A stretch of DNA of 64,000 nucleotides from Octopus sinensis. Taxonomy: Eukaryota. The number at the start of each line of letters is the position of its first letter. Position 1 is the stretch's first letter. This document shows positions 1 to 11,499 of the stretch, piece by piece. The translations under genes were made by a program, and so were the position numbers. The stretch covers positions 113,832,001 to 113,896,000 of the forward strand of contig NC_043002.1 in assembly GCF_006345805.1 (NCBI RefSeq), in the 5' to 3' direction. A model generated the notes under the pieces. The model saw only the letters and a list, made by a program, of their open reading frames with translations. It had not been told where the DNA came from and searched no databases.

Positions 1-119
1 AGAAACATGCTGGACAGGGTGCACAGCTTAGAGGTAAAGGAGTTTTTCCGGACTGAGGTACAACTTCTTTGCATTATGAAGTTACAGTAATGGTACAATA
101 AACTTGTGATTAGAATGTT

Positions 120-570
120 GCAAGAAAGAATCTTAAGATGGATTCTTCAAGCCAAACCGTCCAGTAGGAGACTTAGGCAGTAAATCAAGAATAAGACGGT
201 TGGCTGGTGAGCTGGCAGAATCGTTAGCACGCCGGGCGAAATGCGTAGCCGTATTTCGTCTTCCGTTACGTTCTGAGTTCAAATTCCGCCGAGGTCAACT
301 TTGCCTTTCATCCTTTCGGGGTCGATTAAATAAGTACCAGTTACGCACTGTGGTTAATGTAATCGATTTAATCCCTTTGTCTGTCCTTGTTTGTCCCCTC
401 TATGTTTAGCCCCCTGTGGGCAACAAAGAAATAAATATCTAATATCCAAGTATCGGTAACACTTGGTGATCCAGCTAGGAAGTAGAATGACAATTGCTTC
501 TGAGATGAGGTGCCTGAGAACTGTACTCTGATGAATCTTCCAGGAATAGTGGGCAAAGAAGACAGATAGA
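120..570 (+). mobile_element. Degraded RTE-type LINE 3' remnant, interrupted by a family-D SINE
   Basis: gattcttcaagccaaacc...atgacaattgcttctga...ccaggaatagt resembles the RTE-like 3' remnant at 39985-40240; a SINE occupies 202-433. Confidence 0.45.
202..433 (+). mobile_element. SINE family D, tail type D1
   Basis: Head gagctggcagaatcgttagcacgccgg, central ccgaggtcaactttgcctttcatcctttcggggtcgat, tail ...tttagccccctgtgggcaacaaagaaata. More than 10 related copies in the window. Confidence 0.85.
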
Positions 571-947
571 GGGATAAAAATACCAACTGCAAGAAATAGC
601 AGCTATGTCTTTCTTTAATTAAACTCTACAATAAAAAAAAAATGTAGGATGCATTGCACTGAATGTATGAATAGATTGGAGAAAAGATTTTTTCAGTTTT
701 GTTGGGAACAAGACAACATTTCCAGTGTCCCTGCTCTGATAAAATTACCCAATACATTCTGCGAAACAGATGGACAGACTGTAGTAACCATGGTTTCTGA
801 GCTGTCTAGGACAGCAGTAAATTCTGAATAAGAACTGACTTGGACTGTGACAACTTGGTTGACTCATGAAAGCATGGAAACATGGACATAAAATGACGAT
901 GATGATGATGATGATCAGATAATGTAGTTTTAAGATACATTGTTTGA

Positions 948-1156
948 TCAACCCTTTAGCATTTAAACTGGTCGTATCTGGACAATACTCCATCTGTTTT
1001 ATGTTCAAACTGGCCATATCCAGCTTCTCACACTTACCTTACAATGTTATACTAAAAATAAAGTCACACCAAAATATCAAAGATACAAGATGAGGCGAAC
1101 AATGTGGATAAATAAGCATTATATTTAGCAGAGTAATCTGAAGGTTAAAGGGTTAA
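948..1156 (+). mobile_element. TTAA-flanked piggyBac-type MITE, family 2
   Basis: Ends tcaaCCCTTTAG...TAAAGGGttaa; related copies at about 16650-17296, 37144-37487 and 49500-49660. Confidence 0.65.
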
Positions 1157-1816
1157 AAGATGGGATGGTCAAGGCTGGAGCATCTTTGGTCATAAGTCTG
1201 CTTCATCATTGTTATTTTGTGATCATTTAGTCCCAAATCAGCAGCCACCACATCATTACCATAGCACTCGTTTATATAGATGAGTAATTCACAGCTGTTG
1301 TATCAAGTGGTAACAGAACTGAATAGAATTGATTAGAAGAGGACACAAATGTTAATGCTTTTAGTTCAGGACTTCAACACAAACAATGTGTTTATGAAAT
1401 GATCGTTAATTAAACAGAGCTCTTGTTATTTACAAACATAGAAACATCTAATCATGTTTTTCAGTGTGATCTAACTATCACTCACTACGATGGATAATAA
1501 CGATGATGATGGTTGCTGGCAGTAGTTGTGGTGGTGGTGATGGTGCTCTCATGATAGTGATGACAAGGAAGAAGAGGCTGGCTGTGGTAACGCTCCTGGC
1601 AATGATGATATTGGTATTACTCAAATTTACTTCACTAGCCAAGATATTAAAAAGAAAAGAATCGATATATCATACTAGAAAAAAAAAGTAACTGGTAGAA
1701 GATGAAGGTGAAGACATTCAACATAAACAACAGTTCTCCTCATTGCATCTATTTACAATTTGATGAGTTGGAGCCAGAGAGGTTTACAATGAGTTGGCCA
1801 TAACAAACTAATGACC

Positions 1817-2289
1817 TACACTGGGGAAAATAAATTTAAGACCAATGATAAAAGTTCTATTTCTTACAAAATATTTTGTTACTGACACTACAAATTATTT
1901 TTATCTTTTATACCTTATTCAGAATTTATTTCTCTTTCGAATTATGCAGACAATAACAAAATATTTTGTAAGAAATAGAACTTTTATCCTGTCAACATAA
2001 TGTGACAGTTCCGTAAAGGGAATTACACCACCGCCATTTAGCCCTAGGAAACATTGACGCTTCCTGTCGGCTTTGATACATTTCCTGTGTCCTTATATTT
2101 GCAAAGGGCTAAATATTTCCTAGGGCTAAACAGCGGTGGTGTAATTCCCTTCATCGGACTGTCACATTAAGTTGACAGTATACAACCGCTCTATCACTCC
2201 ACCACCGCTCAGGTCTCTTTGAGACATTTAGAAATTCAATATTTTTAAGACCTTTTATCATCGGTCTTAAATTTATTTTCGCCAGTGTA
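1817..2289. mobile_element. Compound foldback/MITE with TA-flanked TIRs and two internal inverted-repeat pairs
   Basis: Outer TIR TAcactggggaaaataaatttaagaccaatgataaaag / cttttatcatcggtcttaaatttattttcgccagtgTA; inner IR 1848-1881/1954-1988; second IR 1989-2051/2116-2178. Confidence 0.75.
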
Positions 2290-2514
2290 TGACCAATAGA
2301 CTAACTCATACAATTACCATAATGTTTTACCCTACACTTAGCCATTGAGAAAGCCTTTACATGGGCTAGAAATAGCACCCAAATCATCTTCTAATCATAG
2401 TTACTTGATCACCAAGAAATAGCAGATAAATTTGTTATGAATCACATCCTGTCTCTTCTTGAAAAAGGGATACATTGGATCCTATAGTCAGGCCTACTAA
2501 ACTGAGCTGGAAGA

Positions 2515-3082
2515 GTGGGTGTATGATTAAAAAGCTTGCTTTCCAAACATGTGGTCATGGGTTCAGTCTCACTGTATGGTACCTTGGGCAAGTGCCTTCA
2601 ACTACAGCTTTGTGAGTGGATTTGGGAGATGAGAACTGAAAGAAGCCTGCCATATGTATGTGTGTGTATGTATATATATATATATCTTTATATATAAAAG
2701 TGAGGTTGTGTGCTGTCTGTCTCCTACGATTTAGATTCCTAACTACTCCCACATTTTGCGGTGCAGTGTAATCAAAACCGGGTATCTTATAGTCGTGATT
2801 CATATCGAGCCCTTCTGGGTATTAGCGCGCGTCTACGATGAGTCTACGATTTAAAAAAAAATTTACCATCAATTTTTTCCATTTTTAATGCATTTTTGGC
2901 ATATATAAGGGAAGTAACTCTCTAAAAATTTATTATTAAATCTCAGAACGTAAAAAGCTACAGTAACCCCCCCCCCCCTTTGTGGTTAGCCATATTGAGA
3001 TGGCTATTATACTTTACATCTCTAAAAATGCTTATATAGTTATTTCCCTTACAAACCCGAGCAACGCCGGGCGATACTGCTA

Positions 3083-3158
<76 letters not shown>

Positions 3159-3385
3159 CAAAATACAGACAGACATGTATGTATCTATGTTATGTGCCTT
3201 GTGTTTGTCCCCTACCACCGCTTGACAATTGGTGTTGGTTTGTTTGCATCCCCCATAACTTCAACAAAAGAGATCGATAGAACAAGTACCAGGTTTTTAA
3301 AAAATAAATACTGGGGGGTTGATCTGTTTGACTAAACTCTTCAAAGAATTGCTCCAGTATGGCATGGTCCAATGATTGAGACAAG
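2515..3385 (+). mobile_element. SINE family B, split in its internal microsatellite by a Helitron
   Basis: B head (gggttcagtctcactg...ccttgggcaagtg...gaaagaagcc) at 2515-2650 and B 3' half (tttgtcccc...aagtaccagg) at 3200-3385, with the Helitron and (AT)n(AG)n between them. Confidence 0.75.
2685..3083 (+). mobile_element. Non-autonomous Helitron (~400 bp)
   Basis: 5' TC after a host A; 3' hairpin cccgagcaacgccggg 9 nt before a terminal CTAG; near-identical copy at 26538-26938. Confidence 0.8.
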
Positions 3386-3409
3386 TAAAAAATGAAAAGT
3401 AAAGACAGG

Positions 3410-3790
3410 CGCAGACATGGCAGTGTGATAAGAAGCTTGTTTCACAACCACAATGTCTGGGTTTCAGTCTCACTGTGTGGCACCTTGGGAAAGTGTCTAG
3501 TGCTTTAGTCTTGGGCCAACCAAAGCCTTGTGAGTGAATTTGGTGGATGGAAGCTGAAAGAAGCCCATCATATATATGTATACATGTATGTGTGTGTCTT
3601 TGTTTGTACCCTTCCTTCACTTGACAACCAATGCTGGTGTGTTTGCGTCCCTGTAACTTAGCAGTTTGACAAAAGAAACCAATAGAATATGTACTAGGCT
3701 TTAGAAAATAAGTACTGGGGTTGGTACATACAATTAAAATTTTTTAAGGTGGTGCCCCAGCATGGCCATAGTCTAATGACTGAAACAGGT
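3410..3790 (+). mobile_element. SINE family B (older copy)
   Basis: Head gcagtgtgataagaagcttg...gggtttcagtctcactg, internal microsatellite, tail ggtgccccagcatggcc...tgactgaaacaggtaaaaga. Confidence 0.8.
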
Positions 3791-4189
3791 AAAAGATAGT
3801 CTTGTCTAGACTACATTTGATTTTGTCTGTAAGCAAAGATAACCTGGTGGGGCCAAACAACAAGATTTATTTATTGAAAATTAGCATAAGACATATTAAA
3901 GTTGTGAAGCAGCAAAACTTTAATGAAAGTCTCCTGCTGTTTTATTGAAATATCAAAGTCTTTGAAGACAGGGAAATAATAAAGCACTACAATATGAAGT
4001 TGGTAGACAAATAGAAATGTCTAATCATGTTATTGAGAGTGATCCAATTACCATACACTATTACAAGTACCGATAGCAGTAGAGGTGGCACCTGTGATGA
4101 CAGTGTAGGTGTTGCCGATGACAATGATGATGATGAAAATGGTGATATTGGAATTATTGGAGTTTACTTCATTAGCTTGATATAAATAT

Positions 4190-4650
4190 CGCCACCTCGA
4201 CTGGCCTCCATGCCGGTGGCACGTAAAAAGCACCATCTGTTCGTGGCCGTTGCCAGCCTTGCCTGGCCCCCGTGCCAGTGGCATGTAAAAAGCACCATCC
4301 ATCCGTGGCCGTTGCCAGCCTCGCCTGGCCCCCGTGCCGGTGGCACGTAAAAAGCACCATCCGATCGTGGCCGTTGCCAGCCTCGCCTGGCCCCCGTGCC
4401 AGTGGCACGTAAAAAGCACCATCCGTCCGTGGCCATTTGCCAGCTCCGTCTGGCACCTGTGCGGGTGGCACGTAAAAAGCACCCACTACACTTAAGGAGT
4501 GGTTGGCGTTAGGAAGGGCATCCAGCCGAAGAAACACTGCCAGATCAGACTGGGCCTGATGAAGCCTTCTGGCTTCACAAACCCCAGTTGAACCGTCCAA
4601 CCCATGCTAGCATGGAAAGCGGACGCTAAATGATGATGATAATGATGATG
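4190..4650 (+). mobile_element. SINE-like family A with about four 61-bp 5' tandem units and a (TGA)n tail
   Basis: Units gtggcacgtaaaaagcaccatcc...gtggccgttgccagcctcgcctggcccccgtgcc, then ggcgttaggaagggcatccagc...aacccatgctagcatggaaagcggacgctaaatgatgatga. Confidence 0.85.
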
Positions 4651-4947
4651 ATATATATATATATAAGAATCAATAAGCTCTAGCAGAGAAAGTAATTGGT
4701 AAGAGAAAATGACAATGGCATTTAGTATGAAGTATGATGGAGGATGGAAGTATAAAAGAAATTTAAGAGTTGTAGAATTTAAGGTTTTGTGAGACAATAA
4801 TTACAAAACTAAATCAACAAAGGAGTAGCTACATAGATGCTCAACTTGCTAGAAAATGCAGCAGAATTCCCCTTGAATCACCTTATTATCTTTAAAATAA
4901 AGGAGGGCACAATTTGGATAATGTAATCATGAATATATTGTCTAGTT

Positions 4948-5287
4948 CAGTGGTTTTCAACCAGGGTCCATATGGCCCCTGGGAGGGGATCTATATATGA
5001 TTTTTGGGAGTTCACACTAACAAAATAGTAAGTTGGAGATCCACAGTAGTATTTTAAGGACCCATGGAAATTTTTTATTTCAATGTATTGCAAGAAACAG
5101 CTAGGTTTCTTTCTCAAATATTTGACATAGTTCAACCTACAGAAGTGAATGAGTGAATAACAAAAAAAGGGATTTTGAAAGAAGTATCTATAAAATTAGT
5201 TTTTAAACATTGAAGGGCTATAGGGGCCCACCAGAGTAAAGTAAGAAATGAAGGGGTCCGTAGGTAAAAAGTGGTTGAAAACCACTG
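4948..5287. mobile_element. hAT-type MITE
   Basis: Perfect 15-bp TIR CAGTGGTTTTCAACC / GGTTGAAAACCACTG; degenerate 8-bp TSD gtctagtt/gcctagtc with a CTAG core; partial copy near 23390-23490. Confidence 0.85.
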
Positions 5288-5486
5288 GCCTAGTCTGAAA
5301 ATAAGTTTGGATAGTCATGGTTGGAATGCTCTGATCATAGCTATGTTCAATCAGGATTGTCCTGGAGTTAAACAATAATAACAAGTTAATATAAATTCTT
5401 TACTCTATCAGTATGTGTGTGAGAATACTGTGATGCATGGTCGTATGCCAATATTAGATTCATTATTATTATTATTATTATTATTA

Positions 5487-5816
5487 TTACCGCTGCCTTA
5501 GTGAAGGCAGAGGTATTGTTTTCAGCCGTGGACAAGATATCTCAAGAACCGCTGGATGGATTTGGTTGAAACTTTCAGGGATGTCTAACTTCGTGACTAG
5601 CACAGACTGATTAGACTTTGGGATCAATCCAGTAGTGGACAAGGAATCTGGATTATTTTACCAGTTTTTTTACTTAATCTTTGAGAGCAGTTGGGTTCAT
5701 TTTTAATATTCTTCTTTGTGAGAGAAATCGAGTTTATTTCAGATTTTCTCCTTTTAAAAATCTCCAGCTAATCACTGACAGGACATTGGTGTTGCCTTGG
5801 CAGAGGTTTGTGCTCT
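5487..5816 (+). mobile_element. Putative Helentron-associated (HINE-like) non-autonomous element
   Basis: Sits in a T-rich microsatellite; partial subterminal IR (ccgctgcctt / ccttggcagagg), internal ggatttggttgaaactttcaggg motif and gtgctct end, as I recall for HINEs. Confidence 0.45.
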
Positions 5817-5833
5817 TGTTGTTGTTGTTGTTG

Positions 5834-5877
<44 letters not shown>

Positions 5878-5880
5878 TAT

Positions 5881-6280
5881 GGCAGTGAGCTAGCAGAAGT
5901 GTTAGCACACCAGGCAGAATGCTTAGCAGCATTGTGTCCACCTTTACGTTTTGAGTTCAAATTCCACTGAGGTCAACTTTGCTTTTCATCCTTTCAGGAT
6001 CAATAAATTAAGTACCAGTGAAACACTGGGGTCAATATAATTGACTAGTCCCCTCCACCAACATTTCAGACCTTTAATAGAAAAGAGCATTTAGTATGCT
6101 GGATGAAATGCTTAGCGGTAGTTCACCTGTTGCTATGTACTGAGTTCAAATTTTACCAAGGTCTTTGCCTTTCATCTACTCAGGGTCAATAAAATATGTA
6201 CAAGTTGAACACTGGGGTTGATGTAATCAACTCATCCCCTCCTCCAAAATTGCTGTCCTTGTGGCAAAATTTGAAACCAT
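5881..6280 (+). mobile_element. Two adjacent family-D SINEs (tails D2 and D3) after a (TTA)n run
   Basis: D head and central motif twice; tails actagtcccctcc...atttcagacc and aactcatcccctcctccaaaattgctgtccttgtggcaaaatttgaaacc(att)n. Confidence 0.8.
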
Positions 6281-7767
6281 TATTATTATTAAGCATTTAA
6301 TAAGAGCTAAAGAAGTTTAATGAATATTTAAAAGGATGTGTGTGTGTAGAGAGAGAGAGAGGGGTAGGAGGAGATCTGTGAAGATTGGAGGAGGTGTGGA
6401 GTGAAGTGAGAAACAGTTTGGGAGGAGTGAAGTGAGAAACAAATTGCAGGGACTAGAGAGGGGACAGCTGAGAGATGGGGAGGGCTACAGACAGTAAGGG
6501 TCGGAGAAGAGAGAAAGAGAGATGTAATTTAGCTCCAGGTCAGATCTATGATCAAAAGCTTTCTAGTCAATGACCATCCTGTCTTCTTGTATTTTTAGGA
6601 AGGCATTGTCCAATGTGTTTCTTTTTTTCAAGATGGTAGTGTGTAAATTGAAGAAATTCGGCTGCTATTTCTAGCAGGTTGAGCAACCATACAGAGGCTC
6701 TCTCAGAAATATAGTACGGGGCTGGTTGATGGAAAAGAAAGAGCAGGATTGGTGGCGAGCAGGAGAGCAATCAGGGAGAGCTGATGAGGATATTTAGTAA
6801 TTGTGGACATGACAACGGTGGTGGTGGTGGTGACTATGTTAGTAATAATTAGTAGTCATAATGATAAGCTGTATTAGTAATGCTTTTAATAGCAGTAGCA
6901 GTGCAAATGGGGGTGTTGGGTGTAGTGATGATAATAAAGATAATGGCAGTGGTTGTTGTGAAAATGATAATTATGAGGGTGGCGGCAGAGGTAATGGTGA
7001 ATGCAGAGACTGTCATAGTGACCGATAATGTATACAGAAGACTATAGACACTGGTAATTTGACTCTCAAATTTCTTATAATTCTGATGAGGAGAAAGAAG
7101 ATAGCATAGAACATCATTTGGTTGGCTGGCTTTTACAACGTAAACAGCTACCTATTTCCCCTCATAAAAGATTACTACTTTGAAGCTTATTTAGAATAGA
7201 AAACATATACAAAGCTGGATTACTGAGAAGATTAAACTATAATCTGCATCGAAGTAATCCTTACATAATCAGTGCAAACAACCAAATCTCTGGCCTTGCA
7301 AAATGGTAAAAGCTATGATAAGTAATTGTATGTCTTGAAGGCATATTTTACTAAAAAAAAACTGAATCCAAGCAACATTTCTAAAAAGATGAAAACATCA
7401 GGTTATATTGATAACTATAGCTACATGTAGTAGCAAATCTCTGCAAGTGTATGATTAAAATTAGATTTATGTGCTGTAAACCAAAAGAATAGACCCATGG
7501 TTTTCCCCACTCCTGACTTATCTCTCTGTCTGATTACACAATCAGCAGTCACAGCTTGAACTGGCAATAGGGTGTCAACTTACTGACAGAATGATTGACA
7601 TTTCATGCCTTATTTTAAATGCTGTGTTATATTTAACAAAAAAAGTCTGAGTCTCCAAGTCTACCAGTCCAGCTGGTTGTAAATATGTTTATACATGTTT
7701 GTTTGGGCAAAAGCAGTGTTCTGAGAATTTTTTTCTTTTTTTTACTTGATGTACAATGTCAATTACC

Positions 7768-7798
<31 letters not shown>

Positions 7799-8279
7799 GT
7801 CTGTGTGTGTGTGTGTGTGTGTGTGTGCGTGCGTGCGTGCATGTGATGGAGTATATATACACTATCACTGGATCTAAAGTTAACCCACTGACATATTTCT
7901 CATTAGAAAAAGTGAAGTAGTTGTTTAACAGAAACATTGGATAAATGGAAAATCCAACTAACTTTCTTAGAATATGGTGAAGATTAGTTCCTGGTTGTTT
8001 ATTCCTTCAGTTTAAGAGATGTGGAGCAAAAATGAAATTTTGAGAATGATAGCAGAGAGAGTTATCCATCACAGCCAAACCTAATTCTAGAAAGCCTCGC
8101 ATTAGCTAGCCACTGAGTAAATAATAGACCCTTTGGATTAGATTAACTATGAGAGACTAACAACTTATCCAGGTGTATATTTAGCTTATGTGAAGAAGAG
8201 AGGTTCATGAACAAATTGATTTAATTTCTCATTACACAACACATTTTCATGTTTCAGTTTTGTAGCAGAATGGCTGAAT

Positions 8280-8474
8280 TACTCTTTTACTTGTTTCAGT
8301 CATTTGACTGCGGCCATGCTGGAGCACCGCCTTTAGTCGAGCAAATCGACCCCCGGACTTATTCTTTGTAAGCCCAGTACTTATTCTATCGGTCTCTTTT
8401 GCCGAACCGCTAAGTAACGGAGACATAAACACACCAGCATTGGTTGTCAAGCAATGCTAGGGGGACAAACACAG

Positions 8475-8505
<31 letters not shown>

Positions 8506-8676
8506 CATATATATGACAGGCTTCTTTCAGTTTCCGTCTACCAAATCCACTCACAAGGCATTGGTCGGCCCGGGGCTATAGCAGAAGACACTTGCCCAAG
8601 GTGCCATGCAGCGAGACTGAACCCGGAACCATGTGGTTGGTAAGCAAGCTACTTACCACACAACCCCTCCTGCACC
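8280..8676 (-). mobile_element. SINE family B, near full length
   Basis: Reverse complement of the B consensus: Pol III-like head tggtaagtagcttgc...ggttcagtc, internal (AT)n(GT)n, tail ggtgctccagcatggccgcagtcaaatgactgaaacaagtaaaagag. Confidence 0.9.
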
Positions 8677-8940
8677 TATCTATCATTGTCATATCTCTCT
8701 ATTGAAATTTCTCTGGGTGATCAAATGTTTTATTTTCCAAGTGAACTTTTTTGTGGAGATAATTTTTTGAACAATTTCATAGGTGCGGCTTCCACACCTC
8801 ATAGTTCAGGGTTCAGTCCCACTGTGTGACACTTTGAGCAAATGGTTTCTATTATAGCCTAGGGCCAACCAAAGCCTTGTGAGTGGATGTGGTAGAGGGA
8901 AACTGAAAGAAGCCTGTCATATATATATATATATATATAT

Positions 8941-9075
8941 ATCATCATCATCATTTAACGTCCGCTTTCCATGCTAGCATGGGTTGGACGATTTGACTGA
9001 GGACTGGCGAACCAGATGGCTCCAACCCATGCCAGCATAGAAAGTGGACGTTAATCGACGATGATGACGAGGATG
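8941..9075. repeat. Inverted pair of family-A 3' tails (palindrome)
   Basis: atcatcatcatttaacgtccgctttccatgctagcatgggttgg ... ccaacccatgccagcatagaaagtggacgttaatcgacgatgatga. Confidence 0.85.
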
Positions 9076-9111
9076 ATTCACATACACATACACAACCTAA
9101 ATATATTCATA

Positions 9112-9151
<40 letters not shown>

Positions 9152-10257
9152 GCATATCTAAATATATATATAGGTTTGTGTGTGTGTGTGTGTCATACAC
9201 AATCTAATGTTGTTGATCAACTAGGAGAAAACAACAAAATATTTACTATTGGCGGGACTCCATAGATTTAGTACAGTAAAATTTATTGATAATATTGATT
9301 TGACATTGACTTCACGTTTCGCCTTTAATAGCATATTTAACCACTTCAATCTGATTGAATAACCCAATAAAGGCGAAAATTGAAGTCTTAGTTAAATCAA
9401 TATTATCAGTATATATCTCTCCCCACACAACGAACTCTTTCACTTTTCTACTCTGTCCTGCTCTCTATTTCTCACACACCTCACACAATACTCTTTTCCT
9501 TCTCCTTTCCCTAGTGTCTTTCATGCCCCACATTCAGCAGTTACTACTCTGTTACTATCTACACTAACACCTGACAACTTCTAGTTTGTCCCTTTCAACA
9601 CACTTCTCATACTTCACCTTCAGTCATCACTCTCTTTCACCTATTTTTCCTTACGTCACAGCTGCTCTTTGGTCTTGTCAATTACAAAACACCCTCACTA
9701 GTGCTGGTGCCACAGCAAAAGCATGCAGTACAATCTGTGAAGTGATTGGCGTTATGAAGGGCATTCAGCCATAGAAATCACGCCTAAACTGAGACATTGG
9801 AGCATGATGTCCCTCAGCTTGTGGTCAGTTTCTGTCAACCTGTCCAATGGATGATAGCAATGAAAGGCAGGTGATGATGAGGATGAGTGAGAAATGTATG
9901 CATGTGTAGGTAGAGGTACATTGGCAAGAAACAAAGACATCAAAGAAAAACTTTTAAATAAATTTCAAGTTCTCTATAATAATTGCTCTGCAGTGAGTTA
10001 CAAACACTTCCTTCTTGCTCTTGCCTTTAGGAATGCAGTGAACAAGTAATTGGCTCATTGGAAAGTTATAACCAATGGTGCTTATCATTCATCATCTATG
10101 ATATAAAACGAAAGTAAAATAATTACCACACTTGACTCAACTTTTTTTTTATTTTTAAAGTCATTTAATGTCTTAGTTTAGCAGCAGATTGGTTTTTATT
10201 TAAGCAACCAGAAATCCGTAAACATCCTTTGTTCAAAACTAATAGTTGAAAACTTAC

Positions 10258-10321
10258 TTTTGTCATCTTCAATATCTTCTAATTTGACATCGTCCAATGG
10301 AATTATGTGCTGTTTATTGTA
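10258..10321 (-). CDS. PLEKHF2: PLEKHF2/Phafin2-like coding exon, PH domain (64 nt, phase 0/1)
   Basis: Minus strand: aattttcag|tac aat aaa cag cac ata att cca ttg gac gat gtc aaa tta gaa gat att gaa gat gac aaa a|gtaagt = YNKQHIIPLDDVKLEDIEDDK. Continues the conserved KKxYNKQHIIPL motif. Confidence 0.95.
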
Positions 10322-10700
10322 CTGAAAATTAACAAAATTAAAAATGTTCAGAAACTTTATCTAAAATTTCAGAAACAAGATGATTTTTATGTTTCTTCAC
10401 AACAAACGTAAAAGGTATACTCTACACTATCAAGATAAAAGACCCTGCTCCATAGTTACACATTCTAGATTGTATGCAATAAAATATCCACTGATTGGTT
10501 AAAACCATCATATAATTAACACAAATCTACTATCAAGCCCTTCTTTCTCTGTATCTACTAATAAATATTGAACAGTCTTTATACACTTATCTCTTCTTAT
10601 TGTTATTGCAGCAACAGAATTAGAAGAAATAGAAGACTGTTGGAAACAAAAATAGCTGAAATTTGATAAAATTAGTTTTGACAATAACATTGTAAAGGTA

Positions 10701-11077
10701 TTGTTATATTTGGGGATGGTCAAATTTTGTAAATTAAAAACATGCAATATATGTTTGGTTTTCATTTCAGCTTTATTATTATCATTTTAGCTTCTTGTCA
10801 AAGCTCTTTCGTCACACATCCTGTGGCCTCTTCAGTGGCTCTATTCCACATGTCTCCTCTTGTTCGGCATATTCCATTTCTAAAATCCATTTATTAAATA
10901 GAATAAGCAGGACAAGATGAGACACATGGGATAGAGAGTCACTGAAGAGGTCACAGAGTGTGTGACGAAAGAGCTTTGAAAAAGAAACTAAAATAACAAT
11001 AATGAAGCTTAAGTAAAGACCAAATGTATAGCATGCGTGTTTAATTGGCAAAATATGGCCATCCTCAAATATAACAA
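10701..11077. mobile_element. TA-flanked foldback MITE in the 1040-bp intron of the PLEKHF2-like gene
   Basis: TA ttgttatatttggggatggtc ... ggccatcctcaaatataacaa TA; the inner arms (10775-10865 / 10908-11000) are also complementary. Confidence 0.75.
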
Positions 11078-11361
11078 TATGCTTCAACACATGACTTCAC
11101 ATCAAGAATCTTGCAAAACAAATACACAAACGTAATTGTAATTATATTATAGAAAAAAAAAAAGAAGCAGTTGGCAGCTGGTAAAAGCACCTAAATATTC
11201 TTCCAAATTTCCAACAGACACACACACACACATACATACACAGTATAAGTGATTCTTTCAGCAAACATTCCACCTCAGAATAGTTACTAATCAAACGATT
11301 CACTGGCAAAAATTAAAATAAAAAAAATTTTTAATTCTATGAACAAAATATTATAACATAC

Positions 11362-11499
11362 CCTCTTCTTGCTGATTATTATGTTACCATATACAAGTAT
11401 ATCGTTAAAGAGGAAAAACTGCCGTGGTTTTGGTTTTTTACGACACATTTTTGTTAAAACACCTTCTCCTACGAGAACCCGTCCAGGGCGTGTGAGCTT
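11362..11499 (-). CDS. PLEKHF2: PLEKHF2/Phafin2-like coding exon, first half of PH domain (138 nt, phase 0/0)
   Basis: Minus strand: tttatttgtag|...|gtatgt, translating to KLTRPGRVLVGEGVLTKMCRKKPKPRQFFLFNDILVYGNIIISKKR. Nearly identical to the Phafin/rush-hour PH motif GRVLxGEGVLTKxCRKKPKxRQFFLFNDILVYGNI. Confidence 0.97.

Noticed and set aside
5681-5893. Poly-Leu, poly-Lys, (HT)n and (YI)n ORFs (also 21301-21554, 61469-61672 and others)
   Set aside because: These are translations of microsatellites and poly(A) runs.
7258-7300. Minus-strand AG...GTAAG-bounded 30-nt segment as the next PLEKHF2 exon
   Set aside because: No similarity to the expected NGWxIxTxxKSF continuation.
10508-10765. 85-aa ORF inside the PLEKHF2 intron
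   Set aside because: It has no recognisable domain, overlaps a MITE end, and is not needed for the in-frame splice.
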